Below are positions 37,046 through 48,153 of a stretch of 64,000 nucleotides of DNA, piece after piece. Each line of letters starts with the position of its first letter. Position 1 is the first letter of the stretch. The stretch is taken from positions 223,407-287,406 of IMG/VR virus record IMGVR_UViG_3300013104_000001. One strand, given 5' to 3'. The notes beneath the pieces are model-generated. The model saw only the letters and a program-made list of their open reading frames with translations. It made no database searches and was not told the origin of the DNA. The position numbers were made by a program, and so were the translations under genes.

Positions 37046-38299
37046 ATGGATCCATTATTGACAACAATTCGTGAAACCACTGAGATGTGTGACGCACTCC
37101 TCTCATTGGCACAACGTGTTGAACTACTGGGTCCCATTGCTGCTGAACAAGAGAACTTCAATACCATCAAACAGAAAATTGACCGCAAGGTAGAAATGAT
37201 TGCGGCCTCGATGGAATCTATTGAGTCCTCTGGGATCAACCAGGAGGCAGTGCAGGAAATCAATGCATTGCTCCCTGGGATCATTCCAGCTAACTTACCT
37301 CTTAACGGGTTTACTCGTGAGCGCAGTGCTTTTAACAAAGGTGCTGCCCTTGAGGCGTTAGCGGAAGGCAAAGCAGTAATGGTGTCAAGTTCGGCATCCG
37401 GTATCCTTGCGATTATCGTGAAGCTGTTCCGCTGGATCGTCATGACCGTGAAGTCTTATTTGAAGTCACGTCGTGATATCAATCGATTGGGTGTAGGCAC
37501 TACATCTAAGATCAATAGCGCTGGTTCAATCAATGAGTATCTCTTGGCAGAGCTTGCAAAGACCCAAGAGTACAAGATCGCTCGTCGTGGTTATGAGTGG
37601 ATCTATTCGATTGGCCGTCCTACCCAGGCGGTCTACAAGTTCAATGAACAGGCGATGATTCAATGGTGGCCTGAACTCATCAATGAGCTTGAGTACGAGT
37701 ATGCTGAGGTCAATAAAGCATTCACTGCTTTACGTCAGGGTCAGTACTATACCCCGAACATTGCCAAAGCAACTCAATCACCTTCTATGCTGCGTTTCTT
37801 TGAAGCGCTGCCACAGGGGTGTGATCGTAGCGGTAAGCTGTTTGATATCGATCAAGCCCGCAGCCAGTACCAGGAAAACCCACAGCGTGCTCTGTTCCAG
37901 TTGGCTGAGCGTCTGCGCTACATGATCATGAAAGAACCGAGTATTAAAGGTGAAGAGTTCTGTAGCAGTGCTCTGTCGTTAGGTCGCAGTATCGAGACCT
38001 ACACCAACGTTGATCGTTTAGTGTTTGATCAACTTAACACCTTTGACACCGGTGGTCGTTTAGGTAAGCTGGAAGAGTCTTTCACGCACCTGTATAAGTC
38101 TGTACAGAATGCGCGCTACAACGTGGATAAAGAAGTCGTAGACGAGTTCGTGAATTACGTTAACCGTTATTCAGAGAAACTTAACTGCTTCGTCCAATTG
38201 ATCACTGTCGTGTCCTACCTTGACACCTGCAGTTATCAGATCCTCGAAGATCTCTCGAAGTTTACTTTGAAATATGTAGACATCGCTGCGAATAATTAA
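37046..38299 (+). CDS. Processed head/inner-body protein
   Basis: 417 aa with ASMES and AALEA motifs. The N-terminal part resembles the preceding gene (FT..PS/RS..). Confidence 0.7.
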   Translation: MDPLLTTIRETTEMCDALLSLAQRVELLGPIAAEQENFNTIKQKIDRKVEMIAASMESIESSGINQEAVQEINALLPGIIPANLPLNGFTRERSAFNKGAALEALAEGKAVMVSSSASGILAIIVKLFRWIVMTVKSYLKSRRDINRLGVGTTSKINSAGSINEYLLAELAKTQEYKIARRGYEWIYSIGRPTQAVYKFNEQAMIQWWPELINELEYEYAEVNKAFTALRQGQYYTPNIAKATQSPSMLRFFEALPQGCDRSGKLFDIDQARSQYQENPQRALFQLAERLRYMIMKEPSIKGEEFCSSALSLGRSIETYTNVDRLVFDQLNTFDTGGRLGKLEESFTHLYKSVQNARYNVDKEVVDEFVNYVNRYSEKLNCFVQLITVVSYLDTCSYQILEDLSKFTLKYVDIAANN

Positions 38300-38300
38300 T

Positions 38301-38352
38301 CGGCATAAAGGCCTGGTCCCCCGCAAGGAGGACCAGAGCCTTGTTTATGCCG
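38301..38352. terminator. Bidirectional terminator, CGGCATA-hairpin-TATGCCG
   Basis: AAGGCCTGGTCC..GCAA..GGACCAGAGCCTT flanked by perfect inverted heptamers. Confidence 0.85.
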
Positions 38353-41302
38353 TTAGTGACGATGTTGCAGAAGTGTGTTTCAGGAAGGTGATAGAGATAT
38401 CCTCCTTCACAGTCAGTGTACCATCAGAGGCCACATCCAAACGTTTCTTAATTGCACAACGCATGGTGTCGTCTTGAGCAGTCAATACACTGATATCCTG
38501 TTTAGGACCCAATCCTTTGAATTCTACATCGACCACATCTGAAGTACGATAATCACGCAGTGACTCAACCAGATCCGTGTTACCAAATGTCGCGCGTTCA
38601 ATGACCGAGGCAATAGCTGTACTGACCTTACCTGACAGGTTGGTACGCAGGGAATTGTTCTTATACCCATTGTCCGTCATGTAGAAGGTGATGTCGAATC
38701 CAATCGCCGCTGGAATCTGACGTGCTTCTTTCGCATTGGCGGTGATATTGATCAGACCCAGTGTCTGTTTAGGACGCAGATTAACCGTCGTCTTCTCCAG
38801 TAACTGTTTCTTCACTTCCGCCATGTCATCCGTTACCCAGTTGACCAGATCACCAATGACTTCGCTGACATACGCTTTGTCCAGGGTGTTGGTACTGAAG
38901 TAATAGGTACCATCTAACCCAACGATATCCACCTCACGCACAACAACACGTTCGTTCAATGGAATTGGATTACCTTGGTCATCAGACTTGATATCACCGA
39001 TACGATAGCGATAGATGATAGCACCGTCAGCGTCATACATGATGTCGCCTTTGGTATGCAACACAATCGGATTGTTATTACTATCAAATACCAACTGGTT
39101 TGTCTGAGGGTCACGCTGGTAGATCGTCTCTGCATAACGCCATGCAACATCAACATCATACTTCTGATATTCGATGTTGGAAGTAATAGAACGCGAACGC
39201 TGATAGAGATAGGTCAATGCAGAACCCAGCACTACATCGTAAGACTGCTCAGTTACCACGACGAATGGTTTGCTCAGATAGAACCCGCCCAGCTTCTTAT
39301 CACTGTCACTGTAGACAATGTCGTTTGGTGACTTATCAGCAGCAATACAGTTCAGCAGTGTGAATTGCTTCTCCAGTACAGAACGCAGTTTAGACGGAGC
39401 ATTACCAAACTGACCGAATGATGTCAGGATGATTTCGTCATCTGCGGTGATGTCCAGGTTACTGTCAACATCAAACTGCCAGATACGTTCACGGGTTTTG
39501 GTTCGACCGAGCAGCTTACCGTTCAAGTAACCGTAGTTCGATTCCCCTTCTGGCATGAACAGCAACTGACAGGCAACGTCTGCATCAGCCAGGTTCTTGT
39601 AGAAGTCCTGAGACGAGGTCACCACTGTCACGCTGTAACCATTAGCGGATTTCTTCAACGTGAAGCTGTCTGCGTTGAGCTGCACACCTAATGAGTTGTT
39701 CTCATAGGTGAAGACACGGTACGGTACTGAAGGGCGATCCAGGTCATACACGCGGGTTGTAAACGCATCGTTGTTCGCATCGTACACGGTGTAGAATGGC
39801 GAGTACATAAACACATCGTTGTTTACAGTAAGCGCACGTTCTTCCAGAGACGAAGCATTGATCGCAGCAAGTTCACCATCGGAGATCATCCGATAGATCC
39901 CGCCATCCAAACGATACACTGCCGACGGTGTTACGGTTAGTCGCAGGTTGTTGTCCTTCACCGCACTGTTAGTAATCAACTGCGCCATAGAAGACTGCAA
40001 CGTCACGATACCGGTACCGATCGGAGTAGTGATGTCTGACTTGTTGGTTTGTGGGTTAAGCGCACGTGTTGCCTGATAGATACGGTTAGTTACCATGTCT
40101 TCAGATTTCAGTGTGCCGTACCCCAAGTCAGAAAGCGTTTTAGATACCTGGTCAGAAGTAATCGGCAACGTTGTCTGGTTAGCAGCATAAATGACATCTT
40201 CACGCAAATCGTTTAATGACTTACCATCACTGCCACCGCTAACACTTGTGGTGATCGAGATAGTCTTCTCATTAAACACGGTCAGTGGCGTTGCATACTT
40301 ATCCAGCGTACCGTTATCGTAGTTGAAGTCCTGGAACACCGCAATGATGTTTGCCGCTTGTAAAGAAAGGGTTTCAATAACCAACTTACCTTTACTGGTG
40401 TAAACATCGATACGTACCTGGCGACCTGTACCGAGATTATTAGAAACATAAACCTCTGGCAGCATTATCTTTACCGAGTCTTCTAAGACTTGGGCAACAA
40501 AGGTAAGCTTGTTGTTGTCGTACACCAGATCGTCATGGGTTACATACGCTTCAACCCACGGGTTGTTCACATTGGTACGTGTAAAGACACGGATGTAATA
40601 GAACTGATCACCGTTCAATGGGAACTTGTTATTGAAGCCGGAGATGTTCGTAATCGTACTGGTATAAGACGTCGCTTTAAACTGACGCATCGGTACCGTG
40701 ATGTACAGCATCTCTTCATTATTAAAGACGACTTCTTTCCAATCGAGCTGGTTAGACTCAACGGTCATTAACGGTGTCGGCTGTGAAACATCATACACCA
40801 CCACAAACCCACCGTGCTTCATGACACGGATCTCGATCGGGTATTCCAGACTGAAGGTAGTATCCATTGCAGTGATCTGCGTGTTACGTGGAATCACCAT
40901 CTTCGAATAGATACTGTCGATGTCGTCGTTGCCACCGCTTTCAACTTGAACGGCACGAGCACGAACTTCGTCGGCATTGAAGATCAAGTTAACCGTCAGA
41001 CGCGCAGGCGTGCAGAACCGGTTCTTGTAGTCTTCATCACTCATGTTACGATACAGATCTTCATAAGACGCAGAAAGCTTAGGGTAGAACTGCGTGATGA
41101 GATCCTGGTGGTTTTGCATAATTGCCGAACCCATGAGTGCGTTGAGTTCAAACGCAAACATTGCTGGGTTGGTTGCATTGACGATATCTACCGTACCATC
41201 CATTGCCTGATCCAAAAGATCCAGCGAGTAATCGACCATCAAAGAAGGATCATTACGAAGATCAATCATCTTCTGTTTGATGTCATTGGTGCTGTCAGCC
41301 AT
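38345..41302 (-). CDS. Large baseplate wedge-type structural protein (phiKZ gp87 position)
   Basis: 985 aa. SGGSDGKSLNDLRE resembles the gp6/baseplate-J GG.D.E...lR motif. GAGG RBS. Confidence 0.65.
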   Translation of the reverse strand: MADSTNDIKQKMIDLRNDPSLMVDYSLDLLDQAMDGTVDIVNATNPAMFAFELNALMGSAIMQNHQDLITQFYPKLSASYEDLYRNMSDEDYKNRFCTPARLTVNLIFNADEVRARAVQVESGGNDDIDSIYSKMVIPRNTQITAMDTTFSLEYPIEIRVMKHGGFVVVYDVSQPTPLMTVESNQLDWKEVVFNNEEMLYITVPMRQFKATSYTSTITNISGFNNKFPLNGDQFYYIRVFTRTNVNNPWVEAYVTHDDLVYDNNKLTFVAQVLEDSVKIMLPEVYVSNNLGTGRQVRIDVYTSKGKLVIETLSLQAANIIAVFQDFNYDNGTLDKYATPLTVFNEKTISITTSVSGGSDGKSLNDLREDVIYAANQTTLPITSDQVSKTLSDLGYGTLKSEDMVTNRIYQATRALNPQTNKSDITTPIGTGIVTLQSSMAQLITNSAVKDNNLRLTVTPSAVYRLDGGIYRMISDGELAAINASSLEERALTVNNDVFMYSPFYTVYDANNDAFTTRVYDLDRPSVPYRVFTYENNSLGVQLNADSFTLKKSANGYSVTVVTSSQDFYKNLADADVACQLLFMPEGESNYGYLNGKLLGRTKTRERIWQFDVDSNLDITADDEIILTSFGQFGNAPSKLRSVLEKQFTLLNCIAADKSPNDIVYSDSDKKLGGFYLSKPFVVVTEQSYDVVLGSALTYLYQRSRSITSNIEYQKYDVDVAWRYAETIYQRDPQTNQLVFDSNNNPIVLHTKGDIMYDADGAIIYRYRIGDIKSDDQGNPIPLNERVVVREVDIVGLDGTYYFSTNTLDKAYVSEVIGDLVNWVTDDMAEVKKQLLEKTTVNLRPKQTLGLINITANAKEARQIPAAIGFDITFYMTDNGYKNNSLRTNLSGKVSTAIASVIERATFGNTDLVESLRDYRTSDVVDVEFKGLGPKQDISVLTAQDDTMRCAIKKRLDVASDGTLTVKEDISITFLKHTSATSSLTA

Positions 41303-41311
41303 TATAACCTC

Positions 41312-42337
41312 TTATTTCGTTTCTTTTGGAACCCACCACTGAAACTCGTTGGTCATGGGATCGATATATGGATAGCCGATAAAGTTAGTGCGCTGCATTT
41401 CAGATGGCGTGATCTTACGGTAAAATGAATTACGGTTAGCTGCCTTCATTTGCGGGTTAAAGATTTCTACACAACTATTGAAATCAAGAATCAACGATTG
41501 TGTATTGTACCGCCAACCAACGCACGACCAGTTACAACTGATTTGGTTATTGTTCTTAATCAGAGGACTTTCTCGGGTCGTGTTAAAGTCAAATGCATTA
41601 CCAATTGGGTTGGTTGTGCAGATCGCTGCATAGGGCGCACCAATCTTTGTAACATAACGATAAGTCTGGTCCAGGATGATGCGATAGAAACGCATGGTGT
41701 AATCAATATAGTTGTTAACAATGGCTTCCCAATAAGGAACCATCTCACCAAGGTATACTGAAGACGAATAAGTTTGCAGCAAATCGAGGATCATGGTAAT
41801 CGGGTCACCGGAGATGTTCGTGTGTGAAGACGTTATTTGATACGCTTCATTATACTCCGATTGTCCATCAACCATGGTCCAGGTTTCTTTACGTGCACCC
41901 GGTGGGGCGGTAAAGGTATCGATTACAATATCAGGGAAACCCGTCATTGATTCTAAGGTGTTTGATAAAATCGGCACAAAAGCCTGTTGGTTATCAAACA
42001 GCGCAGAATACGATTTTCGGTCAATTGTGCCCTTTGCATCGAACATCGAACGGATAGCGCCTGGGATGGTATTCGGGTTATTTGAACCCAGTGCCAAGAG
42101 CTTTTCTTGCCGCATTAGATTATCGTATGACAGGTTAAGGATTGGGCGTGTGAAAAAGGTATACCCCATGACGTCTTTATTGATTGGTAAGAAGGCGCTG
42201 CGGTTACTGAATTTGTTCAAACCCCAATACTGATGTGCAAGCGATGAGGATACACTACCGTACCCCGATTCCCTCGCAGCCGAGTCAATGCTATCGGTCC
42301 ATAACCCAGGATTGTATTCGTCGTTGTTATCGGTCAT
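41312..42337 (-). CDS. Virion structural protein, possibly a tail-tube-like baseplate subunit (gp88 position)
   Basis: 341 aa with a GAGGTG RBS. Assignment is by synteny. Confidence 0.6.
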   Translation of the reverse strand: MTDNNDEYNPGLWTDSIDSAARESGYGSVSSSLAHQYWGLNKFSNRSAFLPINKDVMGYTFFTRPILNLSYDNLMRQEKLLALGSNNPNTIPGAIRSMFDAKGTIDRKSYSALFDNQQAFVPILSNTLESMTGFPDIVIDTFTAPPGARKETWTMVDGQSEYNEAYQITSSHTNISGDPITMILDLLQTYSSSVYLGEMVPYWEAIVNNYIDYTMRFYRIILDQTYRYVTKIGAPYAAICTTNPIGNAFDFNTTRESPLIKNNNQISCNWSCVGWRYNTQSLILDFNSCVEIFNPQMKAANRNSFYRKITPSEMQRTNFIGYPYIDPMTNEFQWWVPKETK

Positions 42338-42386
42338 TACTCACACCTCTTTAAAAAATAAATATCCGTTGAATCAAGGAGTCAAT

Positions 42387-43547
42387 ATGTTACCAGTTGT
42401 TATTACGGGGGCGATTACACTGGCCAGTTCGCTTGCGCTTGTCGCAGAGCGAATTCTCGCTGCGAAACAAAAAGCAAGTGAGATCACCGGTAGTGTTGAC
42501 AAAACCCTTACCACTTTAGGTCAGATGGGTACCCGCGACCTGATTACTTTCACTAAAGTGACCCGTATGGAACCTCTGGTGTTAGTAGACGAGCGTTTAA
42601 AGTTCGACCCCTCTACACCGGAAATCCTGCAGGTGTTGACCAGCCTGATTGCTGGCTATTACACACAAGCTTTCGCCATGCTCGGTCAGGTTGACGGCAT
42701 CGATGTTGTTGGCACGCTGGATAAGCTTAACCCAGCGCGTACTGGTATTGGTCTGAATAACTTCGATGGTGATGACAGCGGTTACCATAAGTTTCCTAAT
42801 CAGTCAAACACCCCTCTCTATAGTATCGGGCTTGAGGCCTTAGAAACTGTAGTGGGTGAAGCCAAGCCGGTTAAAATCCAGACTGATAAAAATGTCATTG
42901 CTGATATCAGTTCACCGACTAACCTGGCGATCGGTAAAATGATCAAGGTATCACTGTCATCTAACGGTAATGTGGTTGAGATCCCAATCACCATCCGTGT
43001 GAAACCAGTCACTACCACCGCTGAAGCCGTTACGGCTATTCTTGGTATCGGTACCACCAAGAACTCTGTATCTGAGCGCTGGAACCGTTTCAAAGCAGGC
43101 GAGCTGACTTTCACCAACCTGGCAACAGGCGATGACGTTATCCGTCAGCACAAGAAAATCCTGGTTCAGGACACTTCCGGCTTCTATGCTGAGATCGTTC
43201 GTCGCGCTCGCGGTAACGCGAAGAAAGGCATGATCTCTGGTAACCTGTCTCTGGCAACTGATTCTAACTGTATCCTTATTAGCTCCGATACTGCGCTGGA
43301 TGTATCGCGTGAACTCGGCGGCACACTGGATAACTTTAAAATCCGTGAAGCCATGTTCTCGAAAGTTTATTCTAATATGCTGATCATTGTTGATCAGATG
43401 CGTGGAATGGTTTCTTTCTATTACCGTGGCGAGCAGTTACCGACCCGTCTGTCACTGCAAGACATTAAACTGCATAATAAAGGCAGTGGTCCAGACATCA
43501 TGTCTATCTTCACTGCGTTTGCCGAAAACAAAATCCCGTCGCTTTAA
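42387..43547 (+). CDS. Head/inner-body protein (gp89 position)
   Basis: AAGGAG RBS before the ATG at 42387. Contains an IGLEALE processing-type motif. Confidence 0.7.
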   Translation: MLPVVITGAITLASSLALVAERILAAKQKASEITGSVDKTLTTLGQMGTRDLITFTKVTRMEPLVLVDERLKFDPSTPEILQVLTSLIAGYYTQAFAMLGQVDGIDVVGTLDKLNPARTGIGLNNFDGDDSGYHKFPNQSNTPLYSIGLEALETVVGEAKPVKIQTDKNVIADISSPTNLAIGKMIKVSLSSNGNVVEIPITIRVKPVTTTAEAVTAILGIGTTKNSVSERWNRFKAGELTFTNLATGDDVIRQHKKILVQDTSGFYAEIVRRARGNAKKGMISGNLSLATDSNCILISSDTALDVSRELGGTLDNFKIREAMFSKVYSNMLIIVDQMRGMVSFYYRGEQLPTRLSLQDIKLHNKGSGPDIMSIFTAFAENKIPSL

Positions 43548-43559
43548 GGATCCCGTTCG

Positions 43560-44465
43560 ATGAACATTTTTCAATATGTCAATAATCTCTTCGGCGCTGT
43601 TGACAAACGCGACGTGTTAGGTGAGATCGACAGCTTGCGTGATGAGCTGACTCGCTTCACCATCGGCAACTTTAAGAAAGCTATCGATGCGGGCGTTAAC
43701 ACTCAGGGTGCTAACTACTACACTAAGCAGCTTTCCCGCGAGTTTGATCGCGTACGTCAGTCAGATCGTCTGCGTGGTAATAACCTGATCGAGCAGACTT
43801 ATATTGCGTTAAACCAAACCACCATGACGCTGGAATGGCTGCGCAAACAAGTCGAGCGTGAATTCGGTGGTAAGCTTGTGCGTGAAGCAGTTGACTTTAA
43901 ACAAGCCAACTTCCTGCGCTATATCGACTCAATCGATTTCTACCTGCGCTACGCTCGTTCGATGTTGCTGGTTGTAACCAACCTGCAGATCAATCCAAGC
44001 GAAGACATCACCAAGCACTTCACCATGCATGAGATCAAATTCCTGGCTGATACAGCGAAGCATTTCGTTTATCTGACCTCGATGTTCTCTCAGCCTGTGA
44101 GCGTGACTGAAAAGGTTTTCGAAGCTGTCCCATCGGTTGTGGTGTCAGACGCGGATCAGCAAGCGATCGAAGCCGTACTGGGAAGCGCAAAAACCGACCC
44201 AATGCAATCAGGTTTCCTTTCACTTGATTATAACCCATTCTTCCTCATCGGTCGTCGTCGTGCAGAGCGTCGTGTAAAACGCCTGCGTGCTGCAGAAGCT
44301 GCGGCCATTGCTACAGAGCTGACTTTGAGCAAACTGCTTGAAGCACAGGCTGGCGGCAATAACGACCCTGCAGTTCAGAAACAGATCGACTACTACACCA
44401 ACCAGCTGAATAAGCTGAACAATGAAGTAGATCAGATTAACGCTGAAGTCGCGGTAGAGGCATAA
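43560..44465 (+). CDS. Head/inner-body protein (gp90 position)
   Basis: 301 aa with a C-terminal coiled coil. Assignment is by synteny. Confidence 0.7.
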   Translation: MNIFQYVNNLFGAVDKRDVLGEIDSLRDELTRFTIGNFKKAIDAGVNTQGANYYTKQLSREFDRVRQSDRLRGNNLIEQTYIALNQTTMTLEWLRKQVEREFGGKLVREAVDFKQANFLRYIDSIDFYLRYARSMLLVVTNLQINPSEDITKHFTMHEIKFLADTAKHFVYLTSMFSQPVSVTEKVFEAVPSVVVSDADQQAIEAVLGSAKTDPMQSGFLSLDYNPFFLIGRRRAERRVKRLRAAEAAAIATELTLSKLLEAQAGGNNDPAVQKQIDYYTNQLNKLNNEVDQINAEVAVEA

Positions 44466-44475
44466 GGAGCCCGTC

Positions 44476-45015
44476 ATGGCAGATAGAGTTTCTACTGGTG
44501 CTGAACTTATCTACGGCACCGGGTTTACCTCCCATGGCGGTCCAGGCCAGAAAGGCATGAAGATCAATGTCGATAATAAGACTATTGATCTTTATCAGCA
44601 ACTGAATGCCAACATTGCGTTGGTTGATAACTTTGCGTTTAAACGTGAAGTTTGTGTTGCGGCCTCTCGTCTGATCCTGCCTTTGGCAAACTGGCTTCTG
44701 GCAACCCGTGCCAATTACCTGCATTCAAAGCACGCACTCTTGTTTGCACGTGACTTGGCATTGGTCGCGATGGGCAAAGAACCACAGATGAGTATCATGA
44801 CGCGCATGCGTCTGTTCTCACCTTCTGCGGTGAAATCCAACCCAGGTGAACTCAATGCAACGAACTTCGATGCACTGGATATCATCTCGAACAGTTTTAT
44901 TGATGAAGTCCGCACTTACAGTAATGGTAAGCTGCTGGCAAACCTGACCCGCGACTCACAACGTACTCGTGATCTGGTCACTTCATTATATGTCATGTTT
45001 GGTTCTGTTGAATAA
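44476..45015 (+). CDS. Virion protein (gp91 position)
   Basis: 179 aa with an AAGGAG RBS. Confidence 0.7.
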   Translation: MADRVSTGAELIYGTGFTSHGGPGQKGMKINVDNKTIDLYQQLNANIALVDNFAFKREVCVAASRLILPLANWLLATRANYLHSKHALLFARDLALVAMGKEPQMSIMTRMRLFSPSAVKSNPGELNATNFDALDIISNSFIDEVRTYSNGKLLANLTRDSQRTRDLVTSLYVMFGSVE

Positions 45016-45053
45016 CGGGCCGTATAAAATCGGAATAAAAGAGGAAGAAATAA

Positions 45054-46667
45054 ATGGGTAATAATTACCTCGGTTTGCTGCTGTCAGCGGGCAACAATGC
45101 GTTTGATGAAAACGGCGAGCCAGCCCAACCAGTTCTGGTTGATGCACCCGTTGTTCCAGAACCAGTGGTCGACGTCCCTGTTGTCGATCCTATCGTTGAA
45201 CCTGTTGTCGATCCAGCACCAGATGTCGAAACTCCACCGGTTGTTACTGCTGATCCAGTTGAACCTCAGCCTGAGACCCTGTCTATTGTGCTGGCGATTA
45301 ACGAAGATGAGCAAGAGCTCGTTGCTGCATCTAGCGCTGCTGCTCAGGCAGAAGTCGCGCTGATTGATGCTGATTGCGTTCTGGATGATTCAGAGACCCA
45401 GCTGACCGAACAGGCGCAGGTTGTTTCTGAAGTTGAAAACGTAGTCGCTTCAATGGAAAGCTTTATCGGCTCTCCAATGTCAATGCAGGATGCGGTTGGT
45501 CTGCAGAAATGGGTTGTAAGTGCTACCCGTGGCGAATACGATCAGTCTAAAGTTGTCGGCTCTCTGGAATCATTCGGTAATGACGTTGCAACTGATGATG
45601 CACTGTCTGCTGGCCTGGAAGGTATTGGCGAATTCCTGAAAGCGGCCCGTAACAAACTGAGCGACATCCGTAAAGTGATGGTTGCTAACTGGGCGAACTT
45701 CTTCAAAGAAGCTTTCCTGGGCTTTGATAAAGTTGCACGTCGCGCTGAAGCACTGGCGAAGATCGCTAAGAACACCGCTGGCGAATCCAACTCTTCTTCT
45801 ATTCAGCTGCCGCTGGATACTGCATGGCGTCTGGTGAAAGATGGTAAGGTTTCTCAGAACCTGCCAAAAGATCTGGGTGATCTCGGTAAGTTCACTAAAC
45901 TGATCTTCAAAGACAACGCCGATGCGCTGGTCATTCATCGTAAGAAACTGGTTGACATCGCAATTCGCCTGTCTACCGCTGAATACGACGACGCAGTTAA
46001 GATCGCCAAAGAACTGGTGAGCTATGAACTGCCAGGCGTTGCAGTTTGTAAGATCAAAGTGCAGTCCAACTCTAATACCGTTGACCTGTACCGCTCTGAT
46101 GAAGTCCTGGGTGGCGTAGCAGTAACCTTCGCTAAACCAGTTGACAAAATCAATGCGCAGCTTCCACTGACTCGCCAGCTTAACGACAAATGGAACAACG
46201 TCATCCGTACCGACGTCTCTGTTGCCGCGACTGGTAAGAAAACGCCGAAGCTGGATGTTGCGATCGATACTCTGCAGCCTGCTGAAATCGCGAAGCTGGC
46301 CGATGATGTTTCTGCCATCCTGGGCGATGTGAAACAGTATCGCACCAACTACTCCGACTGGTATGCAAGCAATACCGATCTGGATCGTGCTATCGCTGTT
46401 CTGGCTAACGTACCGTGGTCTGGCGACAACGGCACCACTGTCGTTGATAGCAATACCGATGCAAATGGCAACAGCGTATCCGTTGTTAGCATCATCGGTC
46501 TGAACCAGGACATCGCTGATGTTGTTGATGCGATCCATGATCAGTACAGCTACCTGACTGTCGCGCCTATCCGTGCGTTCACTGCTGAACTGCTGCCAAT
46601 CCTGAACCGTGTGCTGGAAGTCGGCGAACGTTCACTGGCAACGTACAGCGACAACAACCTGTCCTAA
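45054..46667 (+). CDS. Internal head protein (phiKZ_IP/gp93-like paralog family)
   Basis: Acidic V/P-rich propeptide with ASMES, GSLES and AGLEG motifs. Confidence 0.75.
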   Translation: MGNNYLGLLLSAGNNAFDENGEPAQPVLVDAPVVPEPVVDVPVVDPIVEPVVDPAPDVETPPVVTADPVEPQPETLSIVLAINEDEQELVAASSAAAQAEVALIDADCVLDDSETQLTEQAQVVSEVENVVASMESFIGSPMSMQDAVGLQKWVVSATRGEYDQSKVVGSLESFGNDVATDDALSAGLEGIGEFLKAARNKLSDIRKVMVANWANFFKEAFLGFDKVARRAEALAKIAKNTAGESNSSSIQLPLDTAWRLVKDGKVSQNLPKDLGDLGKFTKLIFKDNADALVIHRKKLVDIAIRLSTAEYDDAVKIAKELVSYELPGVAVCKIKVQSNSNTVDLYRSDEVLGGVAVTFAKPVDKINAQLPLTRQLNDKWNNVIRTDVSVAATGKKTPKLDVAIDTLQPAEIAKLADDVSAILGDVKQYRTNYSDWYASNTDLDRAIAVLANVPWSGDNGTTVVDSNTDANGNSVSVVSIIGLNQDIADVVDAIHDQYSYLTVAPIRAFTAELLPILNRVLEVGERSLATYSDNNLS

Positions 46668-46685
46668 TCCGCAAAAGGCAAAGAG

Positions 46686-48143
46686 ATGACTATTCATCAA
46701 CAGCTCCTCTCTGCCGGCCTGGAGGCGTTCGAAGCGCCTCCTGCTCTTGCAGATGTAACACCGCCTCAGCTCCAGCAGGTATTTGGTGGTAGTGACCCAG
46801 TTCCACTCGAGACTCCACCTCCGGGTGTTGAACTCTCTGTGGTTGCACCGAGCCCATTTGATGCGGGCTACGTTGAAACACCAGAACTCCTGCGACAGGA
46901 GATCGAAGCACGTCAGGTCATGGTTGAACTGATTGAAGAAGAACGTCAGGCACAAGAAGCGCGTCAGTATGTTGAAGAGATGCGTCGTGCGGGTGATGGT
47001 CTGGAAGGGCTGATGGTTGAAATCCAAAATGTCAACAACCCTGAAGAACCCACTGAAGACGAAATGGCGATGCTGCGCTCTACGGCATCACTGGTGCGTA
47101 AAGAAGTGCTGGATGAAGACGACCAACAGGTTGTCATCGATCTGGAAAATGGTGTACTGGTTGGCTCACAAGAAGGCCTTGGTGATGCAATCTCCAATGT
47201 CACGACAAAGATCAAATTCGCGCTGGGTAACGCTGCGAAGAACTTTGCCTCTTCTGGCGAGAAAACCAAAAAGCCATTAACGTATCATCGTAACAATGCC
47301 AAAGAATTGAAAGATCGTATCGGCGCACTTAAAACTGCAGTCTTTGCGTTTACTCTGCCAGCGGCATTGGTTAAAAGCGTTGCGGTAGCGGACAGCGGCA
47401 AACTCGATTTGGTCAATGACATCAATTCACTGATCACCGGGTTAGAACACTGGTACGCACAGCCGTCTGCAGACGCTGCAGGTTACTTCGATAAACACGA
47501 AGCAATCCTCAAGGCATGTCTGGCAACCGATTCTTTGGAAGCTTTTGATAAAGCGTACGATGCGTTTAAATCACTGAAAGCACCACTGCCATCTTCTGCG
47601 AAGAAGGTCGAGCCGATCAATGCCAAAGAGTATGTGTTCGACGCGCATTGCGACGGCACCGCAATGGCAGGCGTTTCACGCTGGTACTACATTGCCCGTC
47701 CTAATGGTCAGGATGCAGAAGAAGCAGTACGTGCAATTCGTGCCTTCAATGCAGGCCTCTTCCCATATGTCGCCATCGCCGATCGTAAAGGTGCGGATAC
47801 TGAAGTTTCACTGAAGAAAGCTGAGTTACTCGGTCTGCTGGACGTGATCACGAAAGGTTGTGTCATCATGGATCAATTCCTTGGTCGACTCAACATCATG
47901 AGCTCGTTCGATAAGCGTTACGATGTGTTGGTTGATGATTACAACAAAACCTTCACAAAGAAAGACTGGGTCAATCGTGATGCGCAACGTAAAATGATCG
48001 TTGCAATTCAGGCGCTGGATTCGTATTACGCTTACGGCTTCTCTTACACTAACATGGCATTCTTCTTGTTTGATGTCATCGTGAAGGTAGTGAAGAAAGC
48101 GGTGTACAAATCCGATCTCAGTAAAACCGAAGAAGATAAATAA
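46686..48143 (+). CDS. Internal head protein paralog
   Basis: AGLEA, DGLEG and GSQEG motifs in an acidic propeptide. Confidence 0.75.
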   Translation: MTIHQQLLSAGLEAFEAPPALADVTPPQLQQVFGGSDPVPLETPPPGVELSVVAPSPFDAGYVETPELLRQEIEARQVMVELIEEERQAQEARQYVEEMRRAGDGLEGLMVEIQNVNNPEEPTEDEMAMLRSTASLVRKEVLDEDDQQVVIDLENGVLVGSQEGLGDAISNVTTKIKFALGNAAKNFASSGEKTKKPLTYHRNNAKELKDRIGALKTAVFAFTLPAALVKSVAVADSGKLDLVNDINSLITGLEHWYAQPSADAAGYFDKHEAILKACLATDSLEAFDKAYDAFKSLKAPLPSSAKKVEPINAKEYVFDAHCDGTAMAGVSRWYYIARPNGQDAEEAVRAIRAFNAGLFPYVAIADRKGADTEVSLKKAELLGLLDVITKGCVIMDQFLGRLNIMSSFDKRYDVLVDDYNKTFTKKDWVNRDAQRKMIVAIQALDSYYAYGFSYTNMAFFLFDVIVKVVKKAVYKSDLSKTEEDK

Positions 48144-48153
48144 CGGAGTAAAC

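Noticed and set aside
45570-46538. 322-aa minus-strand ORF, plus similar long antisense ORFs at 4980-5654, 19030-19626, 36913-37443 and 40814-41428
   Set aside because: They lie wholly or almost wholly opposite well-supported genes with strong codon bias, and they lack RBSs and protein-like composition. They are antisense shadows.
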